Below are positions 9,819 through 18,721 of a DNA stretch of 25,090 nucleotides, piece by piece. Position 1 is the first letter of the stretch. Each line of letters starts with the position of its first letter. The notes beneath the pieces were generated by a model. The model made no database searches and was not told the DNA's origin. It saw only the letters and a list, made by a program, of their open reading frames with translations. The position numbers were made by a program, and so were the translations under genes. This stretch comes from Chloroflexota bacterium (GTDB taxonomy: Bacteria; Chloroflexota; Dehalococcoidia; Lucifugimonadales; UBA3495), in NCBI GenBank assembly GCA_022568195.1, contig JADFFS010000031.1:1-25090 (forward strand). The letters are read 5' to 3'.

Positions 9819-11125
9819 TAGACCGTTACTCTAGGCCTGCCATGAAGCGGGTCTGGTCAGAGGAAAACAAATGCCAGAAATGGCTTGAGGTGGAGTTGGC
9901 CGTCTGCGAGGCCTGGACCGAAGAGGGCGTTATCCCCTTGGAGGACATGGTCCTGTTGCGCTCGGCTAAATACAACCACCAGAGAATGACGGAGATCCTG
10001 GTCACCGTGCGCCACGAGACCAACGCTTTCCTCACCTCCATCACCGAGCAGATCGGGCCCGAGGGGCGCTGGCTCCACCTGGGGCTGACCTCCTCGGACA
10101 AGTTGGATACCGCCATGGGACTGCAATTTGTGGAGGCCGGCGACCTGCTGCTCCAGGACATGGATGAAGCCATCGAAGCCCTGCGCGGCCAGGCGGTGCG
10201 GCATAAAGACACCATCATGATGGGGCGCACCCATGGGGTTCACGCCGAGCCGATAACCTTTGGCCTCAAGGTTGCCCTGTGGTGGGAGGAGCTCCGGCGA
10301 CAGCGCGCCCGGCTGGTGGAAGCCTTGGCTACGGTACGCGTCGGCAAAATCTCCGGCGCCGTGGGCACCCACGCCACAGTCCCTCCCTCGGTTGAGGACA
10401 GGGTGTGCCAGCGGCTGGGCCTGGATGTAGCCACCGTGTCCAACCAGGTGGTGCAGCGGGACCGCCACGCCCATTTCATCCTGACCCTGGCCCTCATCGC
10501 GGCGTCTTTGGAGAAGTTCGCTACGGAAATTCGCTCCCTGCAGCGCACCGAAATCCACGAGCTGGAGGAGCCCTTTGACGAAGGGCAGAAGGGCTCTTCC
10601 TCCATGCCCCACAAGCGAAACCCAGAGTTGTCCGAGCGCATCTGCGGGCTAGCCCGCTTGGTCAGGGGCCACAGCGTAACGGCCTTGGAGAACGTGGCTC
10701 TCTGGGGAGAGAGGGACATCAGCCACTCCTCCGCCGAGAGAATCATAATTCCCGACGCTTGCCTGGCCGTGGACTACATCCTGAGCATCTTCACCCGTGT
10801 CATCAAGGACCTGCGGGTGTACCCAGAGCGGATGTGGGCCAACATCGAGAGCAGCCTGGGGCTAATCTTTAGCCAGCGAGTTCTGTTGGCCTTGGTGGAC
10901 AAAGGGATGGCTCGCGAGGACGCCTACCAGATCGTCCAGCGCAACGCTGCCCTGGGGTGGGACAACCACGAGGACTTCCGGCAGCTTCTCAAATCCGACG
11001 CCGAAGCCACGGCGTACCTTTCAGTCGAGGAGCTTGAAGAGCTCTTTGACTACAGTTACTACACGCGTTACGTCGACGACACATTTCAACGCTTGGGGCT
11101 GTTGCCAGCCAAGGTAGCAGTATAA
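9815..11125 (+). CDS. purB: adenylosuccinate lyase
   Basis: 436-aa ORF with the PurB N-terminus 'RYSRPAMKRVWSEENK', the fumarate-lyase signature 'GSSSMPHKRNP', and a GTG start preceded by GAGGAG. Confidence 0.95.
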   Translation: MIDRYSRPAMKRVWSEENKCQKWLEVELAVCEAWTEEGVIPLEDMVLLRSAKYNHQRMTEILVTVRHETNAFLTSITEQIGPEGRWLHLGLTSSDKLDTAMGLQFVEAGDLLLQDMDEAIEALRGQAVRHKDTIMMGRTHGVHAEPITFGLKVALWWEELRRQRARLVEALATVRVGKISGAVGTHATVPPSVEDRVCQRLGLDVATVSNQVVQRDRHAHFILTLALIAASLEKFATEIRSLQRTEIHELEEPFDEGQKGSSSMPHKRNPELSERICGLARLVRGHSVTALENVALWGERDISHSSAERIIIPDACLAVDYILSIFTRVIKDLRVYPERMWANIESSLGLIFSQRVLLALVDKGMAREDAYQIVQRNAALGWDNHEDFRQLLKSDAEATAYLSVEELEELFDYSYYTRYVDDTFQRLGLLPAKVAV

Positions 11126-11140
11126 AGAGCCCTAACCGTC

Positions 11141-11160
11141 ACACCGGCTTTAGCCGGTGT
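11141..11160 (+). terminator. candidate intrinsic terminator hairpin downstream of purB (8-bp perfect stem ACACCGGC/GCCGGTGT, loop TTTA, no U-tract)
   Basis: The inverted repeat is seen directly 16 nt after the purB stop. The missing U-tract lowers confidence. Confidence 0.25.
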
Positions 11161-11309
11161 CCAGGCACGAAGACCATGCAAACGTTCCATAAATTCCGGC
11201 CTTCGCCGGAACGACGAAATCTTAACTAATACATTATCGAGTAACGGCAGGGGTGAAGTGAGACTCCTCGTATCTATTAAATGTCTCACTGAGGGAGGGG
11301 ACCGAGCGA

Positions 11310-12206
11310 ATGTTGATTGAAACGCAGCTTCCCGATTTGCTACACCGGGGCAAGGTCCGGGACACCTATCAGATCGATGCAGATTTGCTGCTCATGGTGA
11401 CCACCGACCGAATCTCGGCATTTGACGTGGTCTTGCCCACGGGCATTCCTGAAAAAGGCCGGATTTTGAATAAAATGTCCGGATTCTGGTTTGACAAAAC
11501 CAAGCACTTAATCCCCAATCACCTGGTTGCTTTGGCCGACGATCCGGACGTGGCCGGCAAGTTCAGCGACAGCGAGCTAATGAGAAACCTGCCGACGCAA
11601 GTGGCGCGTCAGGCGATGATCGTCAAAAAAGCGGAGCGAATAGACATCGAGTGCGTGGTCCGGGGCTATATCACCGGCTCAGCATGGTCCGAGTACCAGA
11701 AGCAGGGAACGGTATCGGGCCAAAGAATGCCGTCGGGAATGGTGGAGGGCGACGCTTTCCCGGAACCGTTGTTCACCCCCACCACCAAAGCAGAGCAAGG
11801 CCACGACGAGAACATGACCGCCGATGAAGTGATTGCCATTGCCGGCGCCGATCTGGCCCGGCAGTTGGAGGAGGTCACCAAGACCGTGTACCGTTTCGGC
11901 CACGATTACGCCCGAGAGCGAGGTATCGTGCTGGCCGACACCAAATTGGAGTTCGGCCTGCTTCACGGCGAGTTGATTCTCATCGACGAGCTTTTTACCC
12001 CGGATTCCAGCCGTTTCTGGGACATGGACGGCTTCAATCCGGGCCGGTCTCAGCCCAGCTTCGACAAACAGATCGTCCGAGATTGGCTCATTGAACAGGG
12101 GTGGGACCGGGAGCCGCCGGCTCCCGAGCTTCCCCCGGACATCGTCGCCAGGACCTCGGAACGCTATCTAGAGGCCTACCGCCGCCTTACCGGCGCGGGC
12201 CTGTAA
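11310..12206 (+). CDS. purC: phosphoribosylaminoimidazole-succinocarboxamide synthase (long form)
   Basis: 298-aa ORF with 'GKVRDTY...DRISAFD' SAICAR synthetase motifs and a strong SD 'GAGGGAGGGG'. Confidence 0.95.
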   Translation: MLIETQLPDLLHRGKVRDTYQIDADLLLMVTTDRISAFDVVLPTGIPEKGRILNKMSGFWFDKTKHLIPNHLVALADDPDVAGKFSDSELMRNLPTQVARQAMIVKKAERIDIECVVRGYITGSAWSEYQKQGTVSGQRMPSGMVEGDAFPEPLFTPTTKAEQGHDENMTADEVIAIAGADLARQLEEVTKTVYRFGHDYARERGIVLADTKLEFGLLHGELILIDELFTPDSSRFWDMDGFNPGRSQPSFDKQIVRDWLIEQGWDREPPAPELPPDIVARTSERYLEAYRRLTGAGL

Positions 12207-12221
12207 TCGGAGGTACCTACA

Positions 12222-12881
12222 TTGCCCGTGTCAAAACACCGCCGGAGCCGTGGCCGAGCCTCTCAGCGAGGGGAGCGCCCTGCGGCAGACCTATCGATTC
12301 CCAAGCCTAAGAAGAAGAAAACCAACAAGCTGTACGTGGCGGCCTCAGCTATCATCGCCGTGCTGGTCATAGGCGGATTTGCCATAGGCGGCACCAATTT
12401 CCAGCGTGGCGCCCAGACGGGCAGGAGCCAGGAGTACGTCGAAGGAGTGGGGGTACGACAAGATTTCATGCCCGTGGGTCCCAGGGGCCTTAACGCTCAC
12501 GTCCCCAGAAACCAGACGGTTTCCTACAACACAAATCCGCCTACATCCGGGGACCACTGGTCCACACCGGAGAGATGCGGCTTTTTCGAGGACGGCTTGA
12601 CCGACGAGCGTATCGTGCACAACCTGGAGCACGGCAACATCGTGGTCAGCTACAATCTGGCCACCCCCGAAGAAGTCGACCAGCTCGAGGACGCCGTGGG
12701 CAGCATAGGCCTGAATCCAGTCTGGGGGGTTACCCGTTTTTACGACAAGATCCCTGCGGGAACGGTGAGCGTGGCCGCTTGGGGCGTTCTGGACCAAATG
12801 GACGGCGTCGACAGGGAGAGGATTAACCGGTTTTTCGAAACCTACGCGGGCAGCCTGGGCCCGGAAACCATCATCTGCTAG
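12222..12881 (+). CDS. membrane-anchored DUF3105-like protein
   Basis: 219-aa ORF with a basic N-terminus (KPKKKK), one TM helix ('LYVAASAIIAVLVIGGFAIGG'), then a domain carrying a 'HNLEHGNIV' motif. This resembles what I recall of DUF3105 proteins. The assignment is from memory and was not searched. Confidence 0.45.
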   Translation: MPVSKHRRSRGRASQRGERPAADLSIPKPKKKKTNKLYVAASAIIAVLVIGGFAIGGTNFQRGAQTGRSQEYVEGVGVRQDFMPVGPRGLNAHVPRNQTVSYNTNPPTSGDHWSTPERCGFFEDGLTDERIVHNLEHGNIVVSYNLATPEEVDQLEDAVGSIGLNPVWGVTRFYDKIPAGTVSVAAWGVLDQMDGVDRERINRFFETYAGSLGPETIIC

Positions 12882-12943
12882 GGCCGCCAGGGTCAGATGA
12901 ACCGTTAAGCTTCCTATCGTCCTTATCCTTCCGTATCCTTATC

Positions 12944-12974
12944 CTGCCGTGGGGATATACCAACTCGACGGCAG
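12944..12974 (+). terminator. candidate terminator hairpin downstream of the DUF3105-like gene (7-bp stem CTGCCGT/ACGGCAG)
   Basis: The inverted repeat is seen in the 150-nt gap before purS. It is followed by 'CCGCCGTTTAG'. Confidence 0.2.
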
Positions 12975-13032
12975 CCGCCGTTTAGCCCGGTAACCACACA
13001 AACCCGGGCATCAACTACCCTATCTTTGCGGG

Positions 13033-13290
13033 GTGTGTCCATTGTACCTGGCCAAGGTGTACGTGACCCTCAAACCCACGGTCAACGACCCTCAAGGGCG
13101 GACGGTGTTGGCTACCTTGCACAACCTGGGCATCAACGCCGCGGCGGACGTCCGAGTAGGCAAGTACCTCGAGGTCAAGGTCGAAGGTGAGGACCGTTCC
13201 CAGGCGGAAGCTCTGGTCAATGAAATGTGTGAAAAGCTGCTGGCCAACCCGGTCATTGAAGAGTATCGTTTCGACTTGGAGAGACTATAG
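13033..13290 (+). CDS. purS: phosphoribosylformylglycinamidine synthase subunit PurS
   Basis: About 80-aa PurS-like sequence ('VYVTLKPTVNDPQGRTV...LGI..AADVRVGKYLEVKVEGE...EMCEKLLANPVIEEYRFDL'). The likely start is the GTG at ~13066. No purQ or purL is adjacent. Confidence 0.85.
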   Translation: MCPLYLAKVYVTLKPTVNDPQGRTVLATLHNLGINAAADVRVGKYLEVKVEGEDRSQAEALVNEMCEKLLANPVIEEYRFDLERL

Positions 13291-13325
13291 CCTGATAGCT
13301 GACGACTGATAGCTGATAGCTCAAA
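13291..13325. repeat. short tandem direct repeats of CTGATAGCTGA in the purS / BNR-protein intergenic spacer
   Basis: 'CCTGATAGCTGACGACTGATAGCTGATAGCTCA' carries three copies of TGATAGCTGA-like units between the purS stop and the SD of the next gene. Confidence 0.5.
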
Positions 13326-13339
13326 CAGAGGGAAGCACA

Positions 13340-14335
13340 ATGACTTCAGGGACTAACAACACCTACGTGTACGTGGGGGCCGAAGCCACCGGCCTGTACC
13401 GATTGTCACCCGGTTCGGACCGGTGGGAAGAGCTTACCAACGGCCTGCCCCAGGACCCGGTGGTCCCCGGCGTAGCCCTGCACCCAGACGATCCCGAGGT
13501 AGTCTTCGCGGGTACTCAAGACGGCCCCTACCGCAGCACCGACCGGGGCAATCATTGGGAACGGCTGGACTATCCCAGAAGCGGCGCTCCGGTGTGGTCC
13601 TTCCTTTTTCGGCCCGGTGACCCCACCACCATGTACCTTGGAACCGCGCCGGGAGAGATTTACCGCAGCGTCAACGCCGGCGACTCATGGCAAAAGCTCA
13701 ACGCGAGCATGGGCTCCAACGAGTGCGCCATGGCCTTCCCGACCCGGGTGATTGCCCTGACCGCCGACCCCAGCTCTCCCGACGACGTTTACGCTGCCTT
13801 GGAGGTTGCCGGCGTCATTCGCAGCACCGACGGCGGCGACACCTGGGAAGAGATCACCGGCTCCCTGGCGCCCAGCGAGGGCACTCTGGACCTCCACGGC
13901 ATCCAGTGCAGCGCCGCGTCGCCCCACACCGTGTTCCTCACCACCCGGCAAGGTCCCTTCATCGGCCCCGACAAGGGGCGGGAGTGGATACCCGTGGAGT
14001 TCGGCAAGTTCTCCCCCATTGGCTACACCAGGGACCTAAGAGTGGCGCCCCATGACCCCAACACCCTGTATATATCCATCGGGGCGTCGGCTCGAAGCTC
14101 ACAGGGCGCGCTATATCGCAGCCGCGACCTGTTCCGCACCTTCGAAAGAGTGGACCGGGGTATAACGGCCAACGCCACCATGATGTCGGTATCGGTGGAC
14201 CCGCGTGCGCCCAGCCATATCTTCTGCAGCGCTAGGGACGGCCAGGTGTTCGGCACCTTGGATGATGGAGCCACCTGGACCACCTACGAGCTGCCAGATA
14301 AGGCTAAAGAGTTGCGCGCTCTGGCCGTGGGCTGA
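13340..14335 (+). CDS. BNR/Asp-box repeat beta-propeller protein (Ycf48-like/sialidase-like fold), cytoplasmic or secreted unknown
   Basis: 331-aa ORF with the SD AGAGGGAAG. It contains repeated S-x-D-x-G-x-T/S-W motifs: 'YRSTDRGNHW', 'YRSVNAGDSW', 'IRSTDGGDTW', 'TLDDGATW'. Confidence 0.7.
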   Translation: MTSGTNNTYVYVGAEATGLYRLSPGSDRWEELTNGLPQDPVVPGVALHPDDPEVVFAGTQDGPYRSTDRGNHWERLDYPRSGAPVWSFLFRPGDPTTMYLGTAPGEIYRSVNAGDSWQKLNASMGSNECAMAFPTRVIALTADPSSPDDVYAALEVAGVIRSTDGGDTWEEITGSLAPSEGTLDLHGIQCSAASPHTVFLTTRQGPFIGPDKGREWIPVEFGKFSPIGYTRDLRVAPHDPNTLYISIGASARSSQGALYRSRDLFRTFERVDRGITANATMMSVSVDPRAPSHIFCSARDGQVFGTLDDGATWTTYELPDKAKELRALAVG

Positions 14336-14383
14336 CCAGTTATAATTTGGGCGGCCGGCGTGGCCTAATGGAGGGATTCCTTC

Positions 14384-16801
14384 ATGCCCAACTGCCCAGG
14401 TTGTGGTAGACAGGTCCAGGCGGAGTGGCGGTTCTGCCGCACCTGCGGGCAGGCGCTGACTGAAGACGCGCCCTCCCAGACCACGTCCGTGGGCGACTTG
14501 GTTGCACCGGAATTCCTGGCCCGCCTCATACGCCTCGACGAGATGTCCGGTTTGCTGACCAAGACCCTTCAGATAGACGAAGGGCAGGCAGCCTTGCTTT
14601 TCCTGGGGGGCCGGCACGACGTGACCCTGGGTCCAGGCAGCCATTCCATAAGTGCCCTGTCCTCCCGAGGGCGAGACGCCAGTGTCGTCCTCTTCCGTAC
14701 CGCCGACGTGACTATGCCCCTGTCCGTCGCTGGACTATTTACCTCGGACCCGCTCCCGGTCACCCTGGACAGCCACCTGGTGGTCAAAGTCGAGCGGCCG
14801 CTGCTCCTGTGGACCAACCTGGCGGCCGGCGCCGATTCCTACACGACGCAGAATCTGGCCGGCTCCCTGTACCCTCTGGCGGAAGAGGGGTGCGAGGGCT
14901 TCTTCAAGACCCGCTCCATCAGGGATGTGGCGGCCGACAGTTCCTTGAGCCGCGACCTGCAACTGGCCCTGTCCTCCCAGTTGGACCAGCCCCTGAGCAG
15001 GTGGGGAATCCGCCTTGTATCGCTCCAAGGTGTGAGCATAAGCTGCCAGGCCTGGGATGAAGTCACAAAGTCGCGGACGGACTACTTCGTCACCGCCTCC
15101 GAGGAACGGGCCGGTCTGGAAGGGCGCAAACGCCTGTTCGACGTGTACCAGGAGTCCGAGCTCCAGACCATGGCTCAGGAGACGGCGGAGGTCGCCGCCG
15201 TGGAGAAGCGGGTCTCATTGTGGGCGCGGCTGCGGCAGGCCTTGCTGTCCAACGCGCGGGGCGAGCTCGAGTCTCAAGCAGAGATGGAAGACCTGGTGCG
15301 ACGCGGAGACAAGGACCGCCTGCTTAAAGACGATGAGCGGGACGCCTTGGTCCGGGCCATGGGTGAAGCCAAAGAGGACCACCATAAAGCCCGGATATTC
15401 GCCTTGCGCCGGGTGGAGTCGGAAGGTGAACACGAGCTCCAAAAGCTGGACCTATGGCACCGGTACGGTCTGGAGCAAGAGCGCCTGACCATGGAAATCT
15501 CGGCCGCTAGGGAAGAAATGGAGCGCCGGTGGGACATGGAGCTTCGTCGCCTGGGCGCGGAGATAGAGCAGCAACGCCGCCGCGAGAATTTCCGGCGGGA
15601 GCAGGAAACCGAAGAACTGGCCCTCAGGTCCCGTTCCCAGTTGGGGCAGGCTCGGACAGCTGCTTCCATAGCGGACTTGGAACGGGAACAGGACCGCGCC
15701 GACATGGAAATGGGGTTGGACATCTTAGACCGGTTAAAGCGTGAGCAAATCGACCGGGAGTGGCAGCAACGGCTCCATGCACTGGAGGAAGCCGAGAGGC
15801 AACTGAACATGGAGCTGGACGCCGAGTCGCAGCGGATGGAGATGCGGCTCAGAGAGGCCCGGGAAGAGCATGGCCATGAGATAACCCGCATACAGACCCT
15901 GTCCACCGCCGGCATCGAGACCCTGATCGCTGTGTCAGGGCCGGAACAAAGCCAGCTACTGGCTCAACTGGCACGAACCAGGGCCTTCGCCGGCTGCACT
16001 CCCGAAAAGATTCTGGCGATGCAGGCCGCCGATAGTCCCCAAGTCGCCGACGCCCTGAAAGAGATACTAACTGCCACCGCGGCCACCGGCCAGCTAGAGC
16101 AGTACGAGCGGTTGGTTACCCAACTCAAGGACAGCGCCCAAACCAGCCGGGAGGACTACCAGCACAACCTCACGGTCATGCACCAGATGTTCGACAAAGC
16201 CCTGGACAGCGTCAAGGAAACGGCCGTGGCCTTCTCCGCCGTCTCCGCTCCGGTGGCCCCCCCTCAGCCCGACCTGCGCTCCCACACCTCGCCCGACGGT
16301 ATCGTCACCCTGTTCTTTAGCGACATCGAAGGGTCCACAGCCATGACCGAGCGGTTGGGAGACCAACGGGCTCAGCAGGTGCTGCGAGACCACAACGAGA
16401 TCGTTCGCCTGCAAGTTGCCAACCACGACGGATTTGAGGTCAAGTCCATGGGGGACGGCTTCATGCTGGCTTTTTCCAGCGCCCGAAACGGCATCCGGTG
16501 CGCCATTGATGTCCAGCGGAACCTGGCTGTCTACAGCAACGAGCATCCCGAACAGCCACTGCGGGTGCGTATCGGAATCCACACCGGTGAGGCTATCAAA
16601 GAGTCCGAGGACTTCTTTGGCAGAAACGTCATCATGGCCGCCCGAATATCCTCCAAGGCCCAAGGCGGGCAGATCCTGGTTTCTTCCCTGGTGAAAGAGC
16701 TTACCGAGAGCTCCGGCGACATCCGATTTGACGATGGCCGGGAAGTGGAGCTGAAAGGGCTGGCGGGACTCACCAGAGTCCACGGGGTTGAGTGGGAGTA
16801 G
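14384..16801 (+). CDS. multidomain protein: N-terminal zinc ribbon, SPFH/flotillin-like (YdjI/COG4260-like) domain, ~350-aa E/R-rich coiled coil, and C-terminal class III adenylate/guanylate cyclase (CHD) domain
   Basis: 805-aa ORF with the SD GGAGGG. N-terminal 'CPGCG...CRTCG' zinc ribbon. SPFH-like strand motif 'LQIDEGQAALLFLGGRHDVTLGPGSH'. Long EA/ER-rich heptad region. C-terminal cyclase motifs 'VTLFFSDIEGSTAM' (metal Asp), 'EVKSMGDGFMLAF' (Lys plus second Asp) and 'GRNVIMAARIS' (Asn/Arg). Confidence 0.8.
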   Translation: MPNCPGCGRQVQAEWRFCRTCGQALTEDAPSQTTSVGDLVAPEFLARLIRLDEMSGLLTKTLQIDEGQAALLFLGGRHDVTLGPGSHSISALSSRGRDASVVLFRTADVTMPLSVAGLFTSDPLPVTLDSHLVVKVERPLLLWTNLAAGADSYTTQNLAGSLYPLAEEGCEGFFKTRSIRDVAADSSLSRDLQLALSSQLDQPLSRWGIRLVSLQGVSISCQAWDEVTKSRTDYFVTASEERAGLEGRKRLFDVYQESELQTMAQETAEVAAVEKRVSLWARLRQALLSNARGELESQAEMEDLVRRGDKDRLLKDDERDALVRAMGEAKEDHHKARIFALRRVESEGEHELQKLDLWHRYGLEQERLTMEISAAREEMERRWDMELRRLGAEIEQQRRRENFRREQETEELALRSRSQLGQARTAASIADLEREQDRADMEMGLDILDRLKREQIDREWQQRLHALEEAERQLNMELDAESQRMEMRLREAREEHGHEITRIQTLSTAGIETLIAVSGPEQSQLLAQLARTRAFAGCTPEKILAMQAADSPQVADALKEILTATAATGQLEQYERLVTQLKDSAQTSREDYQHNLTVMHQMFDKALDSVKETAVAFSAVSAPVAPPQPDLRSHTSPDGIVTLFFSDIEGSTAMTERLGDQRAQQVLRDHNEIVRLQVANHDGFEVKSMGDGFMLAFSSARNGIRCAIDVQRNLAVYSNEHPEQPLRVRIGIHTGEAIKESEDFFGRNVIMAARISSKAQGGQILVSSLVKELTESSGDIRFDDGREVELKGLAGLTRVHGVEWE

Positions 16802-17113
16802 CCCGGCTTGCTTGGAAACAGTCCATCTGCTAGGATTTGGAGGTTTCATACCAATACGACACATAAGTAGTAGAAAAATCCGCATCATTACTACACCGAG
16901 TAGGAATCCGTGCATCTTCAGCAGGCGGACGGTCTCATCGCAAAGACCGCCCCCAAGGCTGCAAGAGCCGCACGGCGATTCCCACGAGTTGGAATGAAGC
17001 CTCGAATATAGCAAAGTTAGCCGCCCTGTCGGGCGCAAGACCTCCGGGCGCACCCAAAGGACATCAGGTAGGCCGGTGCATGGTATCGGTTAACTGAAAC
17101 AAGGAGATGACTT

Positions 17114-18667
17114 ATGAGCACGCCCCGGGATCAAGCCGCCAGCGGCTCCTCCGATTCGGACGGAGACGGCTCCCTCCTTATAGCGGAAAGTATTCGCGTC
17201 CCCGACCTGCCGGGTCTGGTAAAGAAGACGGTGGTTCTGGGCACCGATGAGATTGGTTTTCTAACATCCAAGGGCAACGTTATCTCCAATCTAGGGTCCG
17301 GGACACATAGAGTTGGATGGTCCTTCCTTGGTTGGGGGGCAGGTGGGCGGGAGGTGATGCGAGTGCACAACCGCCCTTTCCGGTTGCGGCTTTCCTACAC
17401 CAGCCTTCTCTCCAAGGGATACGAGACCCTGGACGCACTCATTCACGTCACGGCCTCTGTAACGGTGCCGTCCCTCTTCTACACCACGGTGTTGCGAGGC
17501 CAAGGCCGTACCTACACATCCCGGTTGGCCTCGACCATCGCCGCCAGCGTCGACGACCTGATCCAAGTGAAGGTCGCCGAGACCGACGGGCAGGCTCTAC
17601 GTCACGATCAGGATACCCAGCAAAAGATGATTACGGAACTGGAACCACATCTAAGCCGGGCCATGAGCGAGCGAGGGCTCCAACTGGAGAGCGTGGACCT
17701 GTTAGCCTTCCAGAATCCGGGTGAGAGCGAAGAGCTTCTGGACGAGTTGGAAGAGGCGGAACGGATGATCGCCTCGGGAGTTAAACCCGGCCGGGAGGAT
17801 ACCCAGCGGGTACTCAACCGGCTGCGCACAGCGGGTCTGGCCACACCCGAGATGGCGGAGAGGGCCAACTTGCTGTTTGATGGAGGTACCGACGAAGCCT
17901 TCTTCGCTGTACTGCGGGACATCAGCCGGTCAGCCCGGCGGCGGCTGGAAACCCAGGTGGCCGACCGCTCGGAACGCTTAACTCAGATGATGGACGGTCA
18001 GAGTTCCTCGGGTTCTCGCAGAGGCATTCCCGGCATGGAGCATGTGTTCAAATTTGTCGGCCCCATCTGCGGGGTAGCGGGCCTGATCTACAAAGTGATA
18101 CCCGACCTGCTCTTCGGCTGGTATGCTCTGGCCGGTGGATTGGCCGCTGGCGCACTGTTTATTCTTGGATACCTTCTGGTCCGGGCCAAGCGCCTTCTCG
18201 GCATACGGCGGCAGGACGAGATCGTGATTCGCCTGGACCGGTGGGCCAAACGTGACAGCATGGCCACCGACGACCTGATCCGCCGACAGATGGGCAGGGA
18301 GTTTTCCAACAGCTTGGCCGACGTTAAAGACGCCAAACTAGCTGCCTTCCGGCAAGATAAGAAATCCGTGGCCGACTCCCTGACCGACGTGGAAAACCGG
18401 ATGGACCTGATACGCACCGAGGTAGAGTCGGCGCCGGCCGCTTCCACCATCGTGTCGACCAAGAACTTTCCCACCCGGCGCATCGTCCGCATGGTGACCT
18501 TCGAAGAGGATCTGCTGCGCCAGGCGCGAAACCTGTCCATCAGGGCCCAAACAGCCAAGACATCTCTGGACGACGAAGACGTAGCAGCTTTGAGCACCGG
18601 CCTGCACCATTTCCAGCGGACTTTCTCCAAGCGGCTCGGTCTATTGGAAGGGTTCCGGGACCTGTAG
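17114..18667 (+). CDS. SPFH/flotillin-like paralog with internal transmembrane hairpin
   Basis: 517-aa ORF with the SD AGGAG. N-terminal 'KKTVVLGTDEIGFLTSKGNVISNLGSGTHRV' mirrors the SPFH-like starts of the neighbouring genes. Hydrophobic segment 'FVGPICGVAGLIYKVIPDLLFGWYALAGGLAAGALFILGYLLV'. Acidic and charged helical regions. Confidence 0.6.
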   Translation: MSTPRDQAASGSSDSDGDGSLLIAESIRVPDLPGLVKKTVVLGTDEIGFLTSKGNVISNLGSGTHRVGWSFLGWGAGGREVMRVHNRPFRLRLSYTSLLSKGYETLDALIHVTASVTVPSLFYTTVLRGQGRTYTSRLASTIAASVDDLIQVKVAETDGQALRHDQDTQQKMITELEPHLSRAMSERGLQLESVDLLAFQNPGESEELLDELEEAERMIASGVKPGREDTQRVLNRLRTAGLATPEMAERANLLFDGGTDEAFFAVLRDISRSARRRLETQVADRSERLTQMMDGQSSSGSRRGIPGMEHVFKFVGPICGVAGLIYKVIPDLLFGWYALAGGLAAGALFILGYLLVRAKRLLGIRRQDEIVIRLDRWAKRDSMATDDLIRRQMGREFSNSLADVKDAKLAAFRQDKKSVADSLTDVENRMDLIRTEVESAPAASTIVSTKNFPTRRIVRMVTFEEDLLRQARNLSIRAQTAKTSLDDEDVAALSTGLHHFQRTFSKRLGLLEGFRDL

Positions 18668-18721
18668 CCAGCCCGCAACGTTACCAACCTGGCGCCGCCG
18701 GAGCGAACGAGAGGAGACATC

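Noticed and set aside
11126-11309. ZTP or purine riboswitch upstream of purC
   Set aside because: The conserved ZTP (GGGUCGUGAC...CCGGGCGGA/CCUGGGCA-type) and purine-riboswitch junction motifs are not recognisable. Only generic hairpins are present.
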